Assembly (NCBI RefSeq): GCF_018350175.1
Contig: NC_058368.1
Coordinates: 93,064,001 to 93,128,000, forward strand
Length of the DNA stretch: 64,000 nt
DNA from: Felis catus
Taxonomy: Eukaryota
Direction: 5' to 3'
Shown here in pieces: positions 23,591 to 37,379 of this stretch. The notes below the pieces were generated by a model, which made no database searches, was not told where the DNA came from, and saw nothing but the letters and a program-made list of their open reading frames with translations. Made by a program: the position numbers and the translations under genes. Numbering within the stretch: the first letter of the stretch is position 1; each line of letters opens with the position of its first letter.

Positions 23591-25974
23591 AAAACAAGGT
23601 CAGAATAAAGGTATTCATAGATATTCAAAAAGTGAGGGTGTTTGCCACTGACACATCCTCCCTAAAGGGCCTTCTAGAGGATGTCCCCGAGAAAAGAAGC
23701 CTTCCAAGGGCCATGTGCAGCTCAGGCAGAAGGTGGGCTATTGACCTGAAATCTAGTCACATAAGTCTCATTGAATGTTTCAAGGATAGTCAGTAAAATA
23801 ATAAAGGTAGAATGTATAATACCTAAGCAAATGGAGAACAGAACAAGAGTGTGTTATGGAGGAAGCATTTCACAAATAGGGCAATTAGAAATTTCAAAAT
23901 AGTGTGAGAGAAACCAACAGATACCATAGTAGTCACTATAAATGAGATTATTAATTGTGTTTTAAATTCTACCTATCTAAAGTCTAAAATAAAAGTGCTA
24001 TATCTAACAGAAAAGTACATGAATGGGTTGAAAATTTTAAAATGGGAAAATACACAGCAGGCAAATAACAATCAAGGAGGTTGGTGTGGCTTGGTTAAGA
24101 TCAGATCAAAGTCGTCTTTAAAGAGAAATTTTGTTAAGACTAAAAAAGGCCATTACATAATATAAAGGTACAATTCACCAGAAAGGTATAATAATTCTAA
24201 ACCTGTTTTATGTATCAAATTATATAGCTTCAAAAGTAAGTAAGATGAGACAATTAGCAAATTAGGACCAGAAATTTACACATGAACCATCATAGTGGGA
24301 AATTAATACAACTCGCCATTGAATGGGTCATACAAACAAAAGGTTAGTGTGTATATATGACTCACAGTATTTAAATAACCCAATTAACAAGCTTGATTGA
24401 ATATACACACATTGAACCCTGTAGCCAGCAGTTAGTGAATATATGTCCCTTTCTAGCATTTGTGGACTTTTTCAATAATTGACTACGTATGATCCATGAA
24501 ATATGTCTCCGAGAGATTTGACAGAATTAGCATCCATGTATATTACAGTGTGTGTTCTTAGGCAACAATTCAGAGGAGTTCGAAATCAAAACTAAAGGTA
24601 CCTAAATCTAACCCCAAATCATTCTCGTTTACACCTCCTCCTCACTGGTAATAATAACTGTTTTCCCTGCAAAAATTCCATGTTAATATAGGGTTTGGAT
24701 CCTTCCAAACTGTCCATCGACATACAATTTTTTTTCCAAGGCAAAAACAGGGTCATTCTTAGGATTATATCATTCTGTATTTCCATTTAACTCAGGTTAT
24801 CACATTTATGTTTTCATGGTAGCACATATGGGTGCCCTTCTATGATAGATTACTGATAATACCGTCTATCTAAACCAAAAGATTCATACAAGCGGCACAT
24901 GACCTTCGGTCGCCCCACTTTGCTCCCAGTGAGTCTAGTATCCAACATCCTGTCCTTCCAGAATTCAGCTAAGAAAGAATCAGGACTGTCAGTGAATAGC
25001 CAAAAATACAGGTCTTAACAGCTGTGATGGGCTTTATTCATAGAAAAAAATAATTGGCGGTCTTGAGAGCTTCTTGCCTTTCATTAGACATGATTTTAGT
25101 GCATCTCAGAATTCCATTTCTTCAACAACTACAATTTGGAAAGAGAAGGAAGCCACTGGAGTGGGGATAACAAGTTAGTGGCCACCCAGCTGTGTGGGGA
25201 TGGGATAAACAAAACTGTGCAAAGGGTACTATATCAGAAACCATAGTCTAGCATGATTTTGTATGAGGACAAATGTCCCTTCCCCAGCACAGTGTCACTA
25301 TTTCAGCAGAACACATATCTAGAGTCTGAGAGAGAGAGAGAGAGAAGAGGCCATTTTGGTCTTGAAATAAAAACTAATGTAGTCGAATTAGGAGGACAGG
25401 GACGGTTATGTAGCGAATTTTGGAAAAAAAAAAAAACCTAAGCAATAAAGTTGGTTTGATGCAGAAAGTTACCTGGTTGTTCAGGATTCAATGATTGGAA
25501 ATTTACCCAATATTGTCTAAACTTTGGCAAGACCCCTTCACCACTGTGGACCTCCCTGGGTGTCACAGCTACACCTGTGTTTCTCTGCCGGATTACAGTC
25601 GTCTTTTTCCTGCCCTCACTCACCAAACACTCCTTGAGTACCTGCTGTCTCTAACAAGCCATGCCAGATGTTGTCAGAGCTGGTTGGGGGTATTTAAAGA
25701 AGGCTTGGGCCATGGACCTGTCTCTGGGGTTTACAGTCCAGGATAGCTGGAAGATATGCCTCAATAAGCACTAATTGGAAAAGGAGCAGATGTCCAAGAC
25801 TGGGACAGAGGATCTATAGGTAGTATGAAACAAGTTTCCTTTGAATAAGATCTTGAGAATATCGAACAGTTGTGGACCTAGTTAAAGAGAGAACCCTCTG
25901 TTTGAGAATATGGCATATAAAGATAAGATCGAAAGGGTGGATTTCATCCTCATTTAGAAAACACTAAATGACAA

Positions 25975-26680
25975 CTGTTGTTGGGGATGCAAACTGGTGC
26001 AGCCATTCTGGAAAACAGTATGCAGTTTCCTCAGAATATTAAAAATAGAACTACCCTACGACCCAGCAATTGCGCTACTAGGTATTTATCCAAGGGATAG
26101 AGGTGTGCCGTTTCGAAGGGGCACATGCACCCCCATGTTTATAGCAGCGCTATCGACAATAGCCAAAGTATGGAAAGTGCGCAAATGTCCATTGATGAAT
26201 GGATAAAGAAGATATTGTGTGTGTGTGTGTGTGTGTGTGCGCGCACGTGCACACTCGTGTGTGCTCGTGTGTGCATATATACTCAGCAACCAAAATATTA
26301 CTCAGCGATCAAAAAGAATGAAATCTTGCCATTTGCAACAACATGGATGCAACTAGAGTGTCTTATGCTAAGCAAAATAAGTCAGAGAAAGACAAATATA
26401 AACAGTTGAACATAGGGGAAAGGAAGGAAAAAGAAAATAAAATACAAACAGAGAGGGAGGCAGACCATAAGAGACTCTTAAATACAGAGAGCAAACTGAG
26501 GGTTGCTGGAGGGAGGTGAGTGAGGGATGGGCTAAATGGGTGATGGGCATTCAGGAGGCCACTTGTTGGGATGACCACCGGGTGTTATATGTAAGAGATG
26601 AATCACTAAATCCTACTCCTGAAACCAATGCTACACTATATGTTAACTAACTTGAATTTCAATATAAATAAATAAATAGG
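25975..26680 (+). mobile_element. Carnivore LINE-1 3' end, 5'-truncated
   Basis: ORF2 C-terminus-like LKIELPYDPAIALLGIYP...CTPMFIAALSTIAK, 3' UTR and A-rich tail. Confidence 0.92.
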
Positions 26681-27234
26681 GGAAAAAAAGAAGAAACTGC
26701 TAAATGCCAGCCTAAGAGATGTTGAAAGTGTTTTCTACAAGGAATGACTAATTATTTAAATGCTGGAGCACATGGGGGTCTTTAATACAGTACTAACAGT
26801 TGATTGAAATTTTTTCTGCTTCAGTGAAAGTCTTGTCGGTTATTTTCAGCATGTGGTCCCATAATGTTCTTTGTTCTCCTGTAGAAAGAACTTGAGAATC
26901 ATTAGGAGCTGTTTCATTGGGATTATGTAAGGAATGTCTTGCTTCCTGAGTCTAAATCGGATTGAAGAGTTAAAAAAGAACAAGAACACAAGGATCTCAA
27001 ATTATCCATTGCATGAAATATTTAATTTCTTATGAATAAGTGGATTTTACTAAAATTATTTTTCTGCCCTCGAGGGCTCTCAGGAAAGCAGCTTAATGAA
27101 GGGTACCGATTTTAGAAGCTTTTAAAACTTTTATAGTAGAAATCAGCTGTGAAGGCACATGAAACAGATCCCTGGGTAGCAAGTTTTGAAACCTGGATGC
27201 CCATTGGCGACCCTCAGATGTACTAAGGCGGGGA

Positions 27235-27400
27235 AGCCTCAGTGTGTGGCTGCAAGCCAAGAGACCTGGGTGCTGGCTTTTGTCTGCTAATGATTAGTTC
27301 AGTCACCTTGGACAGCCCATGCACATTTCTGGGCTTCAGTTTCTTTAGCTGCTAAATGAGAAGGTTGAACTGGATGGTTTCAAAGAGCCATTTATCAGTT
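27235..27400 (+). mobile_element. MIR remnant
   Basis: accttggacagc...tctgggcttcagtttctttagctgctaaatgag. Confidence 0.6.
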
Positions 27401-27631
27401 CCTAAATGCAGGGAAATTAGTGAATACACAGGGGGAAAAACTTCAGGGAGAAGAAATGTAAGTTTTAGTCACTAGAGTATTCAGTTTTCTTTCTCTAAAC
27501 TGTAAGTGACAAGAGAAGGGTTGTTGTTGTTGTTTCTAGTCCAAGCTATTTCTCCATCTTGTGGGTACATCTTGTATTTAGTAAGTTGCTTTGTTGATTG
27601 CCATTAGAATCAGGCAACTGTGTGTGTGTAG

Positions 27632-27850
27632 GGGGGGTCAGCGCCTGGGTGGTTTGGTTAAGTGTCCGATTTTGGCTCAGGTCATGATCTCACCGTTCTT
27701 GCATTCAAGCTCCACCATCGGGCTCTGTGCTGATAGCTCAGAGCCTGGAGCCTGCTTTGGATTCTATGTCTCCCTCCCTCTCTGCCCCTCCCCTGCTTGC
27801 ACTCTGTCTCTCTCTCTCTCTCAAAAAAAAAAAAAAAATTAAAAAAAAAT
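27632..27850 (+). mobile_element. Can-SINE
   Basis: TSD caggcaactgtgt. Confidence 0.92.
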
Positions 27851-28861
27851 TTTAGACCAGGCAACTGTGTTACTTCATTTTCTGCAGAGCCGTGTGTTAC
27901 CCTTTGTCTTATGGATTTCATAATCATTAGACCCTCTGGAACTGAGGCATGTTCCTGTTTCTCTGTGACACACATAATATGGCAATAACTTGGAGCATTT
28001 AATACACTAATAACACTTATTTTAAAATTTGTTTTCTCTTTCAGTGTGTAAATCTCATAGGCTATTTCTAGCATTTTGGCACAGAATCTTCGCTGTTCAC
28101 ATATGGAAAGAATTTTAGAATGATTAGGTGCTGTTTCATTAGGATTATATAAGGAATATCTTTCTTCTAGACTCAAAATCAAGGAGAAGAATTAAAAAAG
28201 GAAGAAGAACACAAGAATCACAAATTGGCCAATGTCTAAAGTACGTAGTATCCTACACATTGAAGAATTTGTCCTTTTATTTTGGGGAGAGGGGTTTTAA
28301 TACTTTTAATTAATTTGATAGGGTTCAAATCATGAAAGGAAAACTGATATAAAATCTAGGTTTTCTTTGAATTCACTGAATTTTGTGAAATTTGTCAGAA
28401 ATTGAAACTCATGAGCAATCAACAAATTACAACACATCACAACACGAAGCAATAAAAACCTATAAGTAAGAGCATAGGCATTAATATTCTAGGTAATGCA
28501 CTGATTTTACTCTCTGGCCATATAACAAAATTACCACTGTGTTACGTTTTATATATCTGGACTCTACGTTCCTATTTAAGGCAAGTAGCTTCCCAAATCA
28601 AAACCCTAGTGATTAGGCATGTACGATTTGGACTTTCTGTAATTTGTTATACAAACATTTATTGGGCTCCTGCTGAGAACCGAGTATTGAGCCAGTCCGT
28701 GGGATTTCTGAGACAGTCCCCCCTTGGGTTGTCAGTGATTAGTGGAAGAGACAAATAAATAACAAAATAAAATTACATTTTAACATAAATGCTGTGATGT
28801 CCATTTGGACTTGTGCCTAAGGGACGTAGGAAATACTTCTCAGATGGGATGGGCATTGAAG

Positions 28862-29070
28862 ATGGTGACTCAGCCAGTTGAGTGTCCGACTTTGGCTCAG
28901 GTCATGATCTCGTGGTCCACAAGTTTGAGCCCCACATTGGGCTCTGTGCTGACAGCTCAGAGCCCAGAGTCTGCTTCGGATTCTGTGTCTCCCTCCCTCT
29001 CTGCCCCTCCCCTGCTAGTGCTCTGTGTCTCTCTGTCTCCAGAAATGAATAAACACACACACACAAAAAG
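28862..29070 (+). mobile_element. Can-SINE
   Basis: Typical body. Confidence 0.9.
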
Positions 29071-29458
29071 AAGAAGAAGATGATGGAGAACTTAGATGAG
29101 GACAGTTAGAAGCAAAGGGGCAAAAGCGGCAGTGTTTGGCTGGTAGCCAGCGATAGGAAAAAAAATGGCAGGAATGGTGGGCAGGGAGCAAATTGCAAAT
29201 GGCCTTGGATATCATGCTAAAGAGATGGGACTTTGCTTCCTAACAGAGGGAAGCCATCCAAGGTTTGAGGCAAAATGGCACCATTAGATTTACATTTGAG
29301 AAACACAGTTGAAGGAACATTGAGGAGGAGGGTGCTGAGGGACAGGCTGGAGACAAGTCAAGTTGGCATTGACTATACCTCTGTCATCCCAGTCCTAGAA
29401 GAAGATGCTGGAAAGGGAGATTCTCTCTTATTCATTTACTAAAAATCAGGTTTTTTTA

Positions 29459-29663
29459 GGGTTGCCTGGGCAGCTCAGTCGGTTAAGCGTCCAACTCTTG
29501 ATTTCGGCTCAGGTCATGATCTCATGGTTTGTGAGTTCCAGCTCCGTGTTGGGCTCTCACTGGCAGTGTGGAACATGCTTGGGATTCTCCTGCTCTCCTC
29601 TCTGTCTGCCCCTTCCCTGCTCACACTTTATCCCTTTCTCAAAATAAATAAACTTAAAAAAAA
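29459..29663 (+). mobile_element. Can-SINE
   Basis: Typical body. Confidence 0.9.
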
Positions 29664-30916
29664 TCTTTTTTCTTTTTTAAGTATCTACCATGTAATAGTC
29701 AATGGTACTAAGTGGCACTGGCCTCATGCTTTGAACAGGGCACAGGGTGCACCCCCTAAGGAGCACTCATGGGAAAAGTGTGGCAGGACTGGCTACAGGT
29801 GCCATGGGCCCAGACAGAAGGGGACACATGACCCACCCTTAGGAGGAGGGAGGATGAAGGTGTTAAGAAATGTTTGGAGGTGGGATGTGAAGGACTGAAG
29901 CCAGGCTACTTATAAGGGGGCTGAAGGTCATAGAAGAAGGGACAGCACGTGCACAGAGGCCCCAAGGAGTTGGGGTGGGCACAACATATGCCCCATATAT
30001 TGAAGGTACTTCCACTGGAGTACAGAGGGCACATTTGAGACCAGCAAGAATTAAGACTGGAGAGGCCAGCAGAGACCAGGCCCTGAAGAAATGGCTCTGT
30101 TTAGGATCGTTTGAAGGTGGACGCTCCGGAGCATCATAGCTCTTTGATTATAGGGATGAGGCCCAGCTAAGTTAGGTGATCCCAGTTTGTCTGAAGCAGC
30201 ACAGCCTGCTATCTGGAGGGACCCTTCACAGAGATGAGGAATATGGCAGGAGGTGAGCTGTGTGCTGCATAAAGGACACTGATTGGAAACAGTATCATCC
30301 GTACATAGGGGTGCAGCACTGACCTGAGCCTCCCCAGAGGCCCATGTGCAGCCCAGCTGAGAGGGTGAGCAATGCACTTGTCTGCCATCGAGTCAGAGAA
30401 TTAGGACACCGAGCTGCGGAAGCCCTCTGCTCTGCTCTGCTCAGCCACCCCCACATTGCCCCCCAAATAGTTTGCCTTCTAGCATCCCAGATTGCATTGA
30501 GGACATTGGCTTGCGTGGCATGTGCCTTCATTTTCTACGCGCTGTGTTCTGTTCCTATGCCACCATAACAAGGCCACCGGGGGTCTTTTTAGTCATTCTC
30601 AGAAAACAAAGCTCAGATGGTTCCTGAGTTGTATAGGATGGAGGAGATCATAGTTGTGAATGCAGTAGTCACAGACCATACATAGTTATATATGATGCAT
30701 TGTGGGTTTGAAAAGTATGCATTCTCTGGACTGCGTATAAAATGACACATGCCAAGTGAAAGACAGATTAGCACGATGTGTATTAATTACATATGTGTGT
30801 GCATATCAACTGAGGATCAAATCCTGTATAGAATAGAAATAAAAATGCCCTACAACCCACCTTACCTCCATTTGCTAAGAAGAAATGTCTGGCAGCTATT
30901 ACCAAACTCCTTTAAA

Positions 30917-31138
30917 ATTTTTTTAAGTTGATTTATTTATTTGGAGAGAGAGAGAGAGTGAGCAGGGAAGGGGCAGAGAGAGAGGGAGAGAGAGAGAGAG
31001 AGACAGAATCCCAAGCAAGCTCTACACTGTCAGCGCAGAGCCCAACCTGGGGCTCGAACTCACGAACCATGTGTGAGATTACAACCTGAGGCAAAATCGA
31101 GTCAGATGCTTAACTGACTGAGCCATTCAGGTGCCCCC
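30917..31138 (-). mobile_element. Can-SINE
   Basis: TSD aactccttt. Confidence 0.92.
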
Positions 31139-31474
31139 ATACTGAACTCCTTTCATTTTAAAAGTCCACACTTTCCTGAAGTGTTCACCTGCTTTTATAT
31201 CAGCGGTAGACTCTATGAAAAGGTTATTTTTAAGTAAAATATACAAGGAACAAACATACCAGTTAAATCACATGGAGCAAAAGAAAGCCATTGTGGGCTA
31301 TGTTCCCCTTCACACTGCTTTGTAACTCTTTCTCTGTGAGCTAAGCAGCTGCATAAGAAAAATAGTCACACTACGGAAGCATTGGTTTTCAAATAATTTT
31401 GACGTATCAAAAGGCGCAGAGTGAAAAAAGGTCACCACCTATGCACACATCCCCATGACTTTTTTTCCTTGTAG

Positions 31475-31520
31475 TTTGCTATCAACGTCCATATCACTAA
31501 ACAGTATACAAAATGATCTG
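31475..31520 (+). other. Candidate 46-nt alternative exon (poison, UTR or start exon)
   Basis: Acceptor tgactttttttccttgtag| and consensus donor CTG|gtaagt. ATG at 31513 is in frame with the pore exon. Confidence 0.4.
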
Positions 31521-31751
31521 GTAAGTACATGAGTTGGAGCCCTGCTTCTGTCATTGTTTCAAGAAGATGCCAGGTGAGCAGAGCTTAAATAGAGGGACAG
31601 ACTCTGGTGTTCAGGTTGTTTGATTTGGAAAGCTGTCTACCCAAAAGGCACCTGGCCTATGCTAACTTTTTTTGTGGGTCCCTTCTGGGCATCAGCTGTA
31701 TTCCACAATACGCATGGAATCATGGAAAGTGACAAAAGTAAGGATGACCCA

Positions 31752-31986
31752 GGGGTGCCTGGATGGCTCAGTCGGTTAAGCGTCCGACTTTGGCTCAGGT
31801 CATGATCTCACAGTTTGTGAGTTCTAGCCCCGCATTAAGCTCTGTGCTGACAGCTTGGAGTCTGGAGCCTGCTTTGGATTCTGTGTCTCCCTCTCTCTCT
31901 GCCCCTCCCCTGCTCGCTTGTTCTCTCCCTCTCTTTCTCTTTCTCTCTCTCTGTCTCAAAAATAAACATTTAAAAAATTTTTGAAA
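31752..31986 (+). mobile_element. Can-SINE
   Basis: 18-bp TSD aaaagtaaggatgaccca. Confidence 0.95.
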
Positions 31987-32179
31987 AAAAGTAAGGATGA
32001 CCCAAAGAACAGAGGTGCTTTGCCAGCCTGTGGAGATAAAGGTAATTCTTCACTCACCGTGCATGTCAGAACCGTTGGGTGGGGCTGCTTCACCTCCCAG
32101 CTTCAGATACAGTCTGTCCATGAACTAGGGGAGCATTGCATGTTGGAATGAATTAATCACAGATTGATCAAAATTCAAT

Positions 32180-32355
32180 TTATTTGTTTTTTTAGGGGGG
32201 AGGGGCAGAGAGAGGGGGAGAGAGAGAATCTTAAGCAGGCTCTGCATTCAGTGTGGAGCCCAATATGGGGCTCGATCCCATGACTCTGGGATCATGACCT
32301 GAGCCCAAATCAGAAGAGTCAGATACTTAACTGACCGGGCCACCTAGGCGCTCCT
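32180..32355 (-). mobile_element. Can-SINE, short form
   Basis: TSD tcaatttattt. Confidence 0.88.
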
Positions 32356-32704
32356 CAATTTATTTCTTTAAAATACTCCTTTTCTTTAGCTAAGAAGCAT
32401 AACCACAAAAAATACACAAGCAAATGGCAACGGAGCATAGAAGATTGTGTCAAACGTATATATGGTTTCAGGTCCTGAAAGTCAGGGAATGTATTATAAT
32501 ACTTCTCTTTCCCATTGCACTTTGGCAGAAAGAAAGTTCAGAGGGAACACTATGGCTGAATTAAAATTAGCTGTGCTGTTAAGGCATAATTATGTGTGTT
32601 CTCTGGTTCTCCTGTCTCCAACTTGACCTTCTGGTACTTGCTATCTGATATGGCAGCCATTCACCCCCTATGACTAATTTTAATTTAAAATTGGTTAAAA
32701 TGAT

Positions 32705-32906
32705 GGAGTGCCTGGGGAGCTCAGTCAATTAAGCATCCAACTCTTGATTTCGGCTCAGATCATGATCTCATGGTTTGCGAGTTCGAGCTCTGCATCAGCC
32801 TCTACGCTTGACAGCATGGAGCCTGCTTAGGATTCTCTCTCTCCCTCTCTCTCTCTGCCCCTCCCCTACTTTCTCTTTCTCTTTCAAGTAAACTTAAAAA
32901 AAAATA
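32705..32906 (+). mobile_element. Can-SINE inserted in a hAT-Charlie-like remnant (about 32570-33050)
   Basis: TSD aaattggttaaaatga. Confidence 0.92.
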
Positions 32907-33786
32907 AATTGGTTAAAATGAAATAAAACTAAAAACTCAGTTCCTCATTTGTACCAGTCACCGTTCCAGGGCTCAGGAGGCATGGGAGGTGGCCAGTGGC
33001 TATTGAAGTGGATAGCACAGATACGGGAGATTTTTCATAATTTTTGCAGATCATATATTTCCTATAGGCTGTCTCAAAGCCTATGTAGAACACATGCAAA
33101 CACTTTATCCCGTGGGGCACGACCCGGTGGTTGCCAAGCTGAGCATGTTGCAATTTGTAACCTGATTTGGTAGGAGGGAGAAGAAAATGAGTATTGATTG
33201 ATTGACGTTTATCTGCATAGCTAGGTCTTCACCATCTAAGTGCACCACACGGAAGGCTCTGGGCTTTTAGATGTCAGCTATTGCATTTGGGCAAAGGGTT
33301 TGGCTGCCAGAAGCCTGATGTTGTCCTTTTGAATGGCAGGAAATGTTAATGGCTTGGTAGGTTCACATTTGGTTAGCACAGGGGAACAGGCACAGAATTG
33401 AAGAAGATCACGTCATTGCCATGTGGCTGTACTGACGAGGTGATGGATGCACATTACGCAGCCCAGACTAAGCCCCCAGGTCTGTTCAGTTGTCATTCTG
33501 CTCCTTGATGCAGCTTTTGGTTACCAGCAAACAACCCCCATGCAGAGATCATTTCCCACCCAAGCTTCCTCGCGCGATACTCCTTTTTATTGGTTCCTGA
33601 ATTCTCTAGGTTAAAAAAAAAAAAATGAATCTCACCGATTTGGCAAACTAAAATTTTGATTCTTTGCGGGGGAAAATGTCTGCCTCACTTGGCGTCAGCC
33701 CCTATTTTTCCAGTGTACTTTGCTAAGAATGTAGCCTGCTTTACTGAGTGTGCCCTCTCCTCACTTGGCTTCTTCCCCCTCCGCCA

Positions 33787-33989
33787 TGTTTATTTGGTTT
33801 TTAAAGGGAGAGAGAGAACACATGCATGCAAGTGGGGGAGGGGAAGAGAGAGGGAGAGAGGGAGGATCCCAAGCAGGCTTCACACTGTCAGCACAGAGCC
33901 TGATGTGGGGTTCGAACTCACAAACTGTGAAATCATGACCTGCGCTGAAATCCAGGGACACTTAACCCACTGAGCCACCCAGGCTCCCG
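33787..33989 (-). mobile_element. Can-SINE
   Basis: Typical body. Confidence 0.9.
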
Positions 33990-34211
33990 TCCCTGCTTGG
34001 CTTCTAAAGTTGATGTACCCTCAGCCAGTAGCTGTTTCGGATTGCCATTTTAAAGACTTCAAACACTAAAAATTGCAAAATACTGGAAGAATGCTGGAGT
34101 GGCCTTTTTCTCATTCTTCTTTCTTTGGAGTAGTTGGAAGCCTTTGTAGGAACTAGTAAAAGCTATGTGATCTATTTAATGCTTGAAGAAATGAGGTTGA
34201 TTTTTAAATTC

Positions 34212-34303
34212 TTTTTTTTTAAGTTTATTTATTTATATTGAGAGAAAGGGAGCTCTCTGAAGTCAAGAGCTGGGCGCTTAACCTAGTGAGCCACCCAGGT
34301 GCC
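34212..34303 (-). mobile_element. Internally deleted Can-SINE
   Basis: Head and tail joined directly; flanked by ttgattttt on both sides. Confidence 0.8.
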
Positions 34304-36096
34304 TTGATTTTTTAATTTTTGTCAGTGGGTAAGTAGGCCACCCAGAGTCCCAAGACTGTGCAGTGATTGTGGTTTATGCAGTGATGTTTTCCTCCACTCA
34401 CCTGTGTACATGTTGCCAGAATTTTATTGACAGTCATTTCCGCAGTCTTTCTCACTGTTGTTACTTTTGGCCTCTTTCTTCCTTGCCTTCCTCTCCTTCT
34501 CTTCTTTCACTTTCCGCTTGTGTAAAAAATATTTCTGTGCGTTTCACGAAACATACTGTCCCAATGGCAGACCTCTGAGGACTTGACCCAGCAGAGGATC
34601 GATTGGCCCTTGGTGGCCAGTGGGTTGGGTTTGAGGAAGCCCTGTGCTCCTCACAAATGCTCCTCTGGCACAAACCAAGACCTGTGTTTTTAATTCAGTT
34701 CACGATTTTTGGGCACTGCAGTCTCTATTTTAGCTGCGCAGGCTGAAGCAAGCAAGGTGCAAGAAAGTACGCCCGTCAGGAAAAGCAGCACATGACCTTC
34801 TGAAAAAAATCTGTGGTTCCTTCTCCCCTTCTTCTTGGCCATGCCTGAGTCACCTTCAGCTCAGCTGTCTCTGCCCTCTCCGGTTGGTGGCTCAGTGTTC
34901 TGCCTCCCCTCTCTCTCTCTCTGAGGACAAAGATGACATCGAGGAATATTTGCTTCGAAGCATAGCCCAGAACTATGCCAGGCTGGAGGCTCCTGCTTCT
35001 AGTCATCACCTGTTCTAAGTAGGAATTTTCACTTGCTTGTATTTGGAAAATGAGAGATTTCGAATCAGTGCATGATCATCGCCTCCTGTCGATGGGGCAG
35101 CTTGGCTGTGGACTGATGTGGATCATGGGGGCCTCTTCTTTTGCAGTTGACTGGAAGCCCTAAACAGAAACCCTGTCCAAAATTTCTCAGGAGTCCCTAA
35201 GAGATGGTAGGTCCACAAATGGACCTTCCTCCTCCCCTGGCCCCTGACGGTGGAAATGCTAGTATTGGAGAGAGGGAGGGTGGCTGGCTGAGGACTCAGG
35301 AGAACAGAATGGCATGGAAAGATTGTCAGCTTTTGCTGTTTCTGCTTTGTTTCTTGCTTGGACCTCTGGTTGCAGAACATACCTCCTTCTCCCTACTCCC
35401 CTTATTTTGTGGACCAATGTGCTCTCCCGCCACGGTGTCCAGACAGCTCCTCACTTGCGCTTCCTCTCTCTCCCCTCCTTCCACCAGTCCTCTTCCTGCT
35501 CTGTTCCGTCTCAGTGGTACTAGTCACTGTGCCACAGGGAGCAAAATCAGAGCTGCCTGTGCCCGGGAAAGCCCTCATGTCCACCGCGTCACCTGTGTGC
35601 GGGCAGGCGCACTTGCAAATGTAGACACTTTCCTTTGTGTCCCCTCGTACACAAATGGAGAATCTTCTCAGTGTAGAACACCCAGCCGGTCTTTCTGGAC
35701 AGATCAGGCGGCATTTGGATAGCACTTCTTCGTCCTCGAAGCCACTCGGGAGGTAGATGGTGTGATCCTTGTGTTAGAGCAAAAGGAAGCTGGGCCTGGA
35801 GACTCACTGCTGTGGGCCACACGGAGCTGACAGGAGGGTACAGAGCAGCTCTGAACACAGACGGGTCCGGGGTAAGTCAACAAGCCCCTGACCGCCATAT
35901 CCTCAAATGCATGTTCAGTTCCAACATGGACAAGTTAGAAAAAAATCCACATTTTTTTTTCTTACAGATTTAGGAGATAAGGTCTGGCCTTTGATATAGA
36001 GAGTGTCAGGTCGGAGGGTGATGTGTGAAGATGGGCTGTTGGCTTAGATCTATATTACATTGGATCTAGGATGGAGTCTGTGTCCAGACAATCAAT

Positions 36097-36198
36097 CTCT
36101 CTTTCTCTTTCTCTTTCTCTTTCTCTTTCTCTTTCTCTTTCTCTTTCTCTTTCTCTTTCTCTTTCTCTTTCTCTTTCTCTTTCTCTTTCTCTTTCTCT

Positions 36199-36250
<52 letters not shown>
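36097..36250. repeat. Compound (CTTTCT)n-(CT)n microsatellite
   Basis: Read directly. Confidence 0.95.
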
Positions 36251-36257
<7 letters not shown>

Positions 36258-36310
36258 TCCCCCCTCCCCACTCAATCACTCTCTCACCTCAGGAGATGCC
36301 CCTAAGATTC

Positions 36311-36364
36311 TTTTTTTTAAGTTCATTTATTTTTGAGAGAGAGAGAGAGCACAAGCAGGAGAGG

Positions 36365-36403
<39 letters not shown>

Positions 36404-36538
36404 AGAAAGAGAATCCCAAGCAGGCTTTGCTCTGTCAGCCTGGAGCCCAATGCAGGGCTCAAACCCACGAATCATGAGATCATGAGCTGAGCAGAAATCA
36501 AGAGTAGGACACTTAACTGACTGAGCCACCCAGGCGCC
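36311..36538 (-). mobile_element. Can-SINE
   Basis: Flanked by ccct[a/g]agattctt on both sides. Confidence 0.92.
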
Positions 36539-37379
36539 GGTCCCTGAGATTCTTGGTAACACCTGAGGCTCTCCAGGCGTAGGAGTGGCCTGGGACTGTC
36601 TGTATCACCCATCACTGCTGTTTCTCACATGGAACAGCCCCTGCTTGCAGGATGCCCAGTTCAGAGGCTTTCACGGAGAGGCATTCCCAGCTAAGACCCC
36701 TCACAACCCTGACTCCAGCACGGCCTGGCCAGCCTCAGCTGGAACAGCCTTGGAGATAAACTGGTGTGGCAGTGCCACCTAGTGACTGACCTCCCCGCCA
36801 CTCTTCTCGGCCTCCCAGAAGGAAGGTGAATCTGTCTGCAGGCTGCTGCACATGTGTGTGGAAGATCACGGTGGGGACTTCTGAAACTACGGCCTGATGG
36901 GCCGTGTAGACTAGCTGTGCCTGCCATTGGCGAGCCTGGCATGTGTCAGACACGAGCTATGTGAAGCGTTTTCTAGCGCTGACTTTCTGGTAAGGGAATC
37001 TTTGGGCCTGACCCCACATGACTCCAACTCTGTCTGCTGGGGCTCCACCTGCCCCTTGGGGAGCCTACAGTGTGTGCGAGGTACCTGGCACAGAGCGGGA
37101 GCTGGAGGAATGCAGGGTGCCCCAGAAAATTCAAATAACTATGGGTTGGGAAGTTAACAAAGAATCGAGGAGAAACTCGGTCAGCAATGCAGGCCTGGGT
37201 TATGACGTAGTTCGGGAACTTGATCTATCTTTGATTGCCTGGGGAGTAGCAGGGGCTCGAGGATAGAATTTTGTGCCAAATTCTAAGCTTTTCCAGTTTG
37301 TCTCCTCTCCAGATGTGTTGAAATACAGCCAGCCCCAGATTTTCTGATGGCTGTTACAGAATCCCAGCTGAAGTGATAG

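Larger units (their letters stand above)
22480..24610 (+). mobile_element. Ancient LINE-1 remnant (ORF1 and endonuclease region), interrupted by SINEs
   Basis: A-rich strand with ggccattacataatataaaggtacaattcacca and ccatcatagtgggaaattaatac endonuclease-like motifs. Confidence 0.65.

Noticed and set aside
35204..35722. Longest ORF (172 aa)
   Set aside because: No recognisable domain or splice context; consistent with a chance ORF in a locally GC-richer intron.
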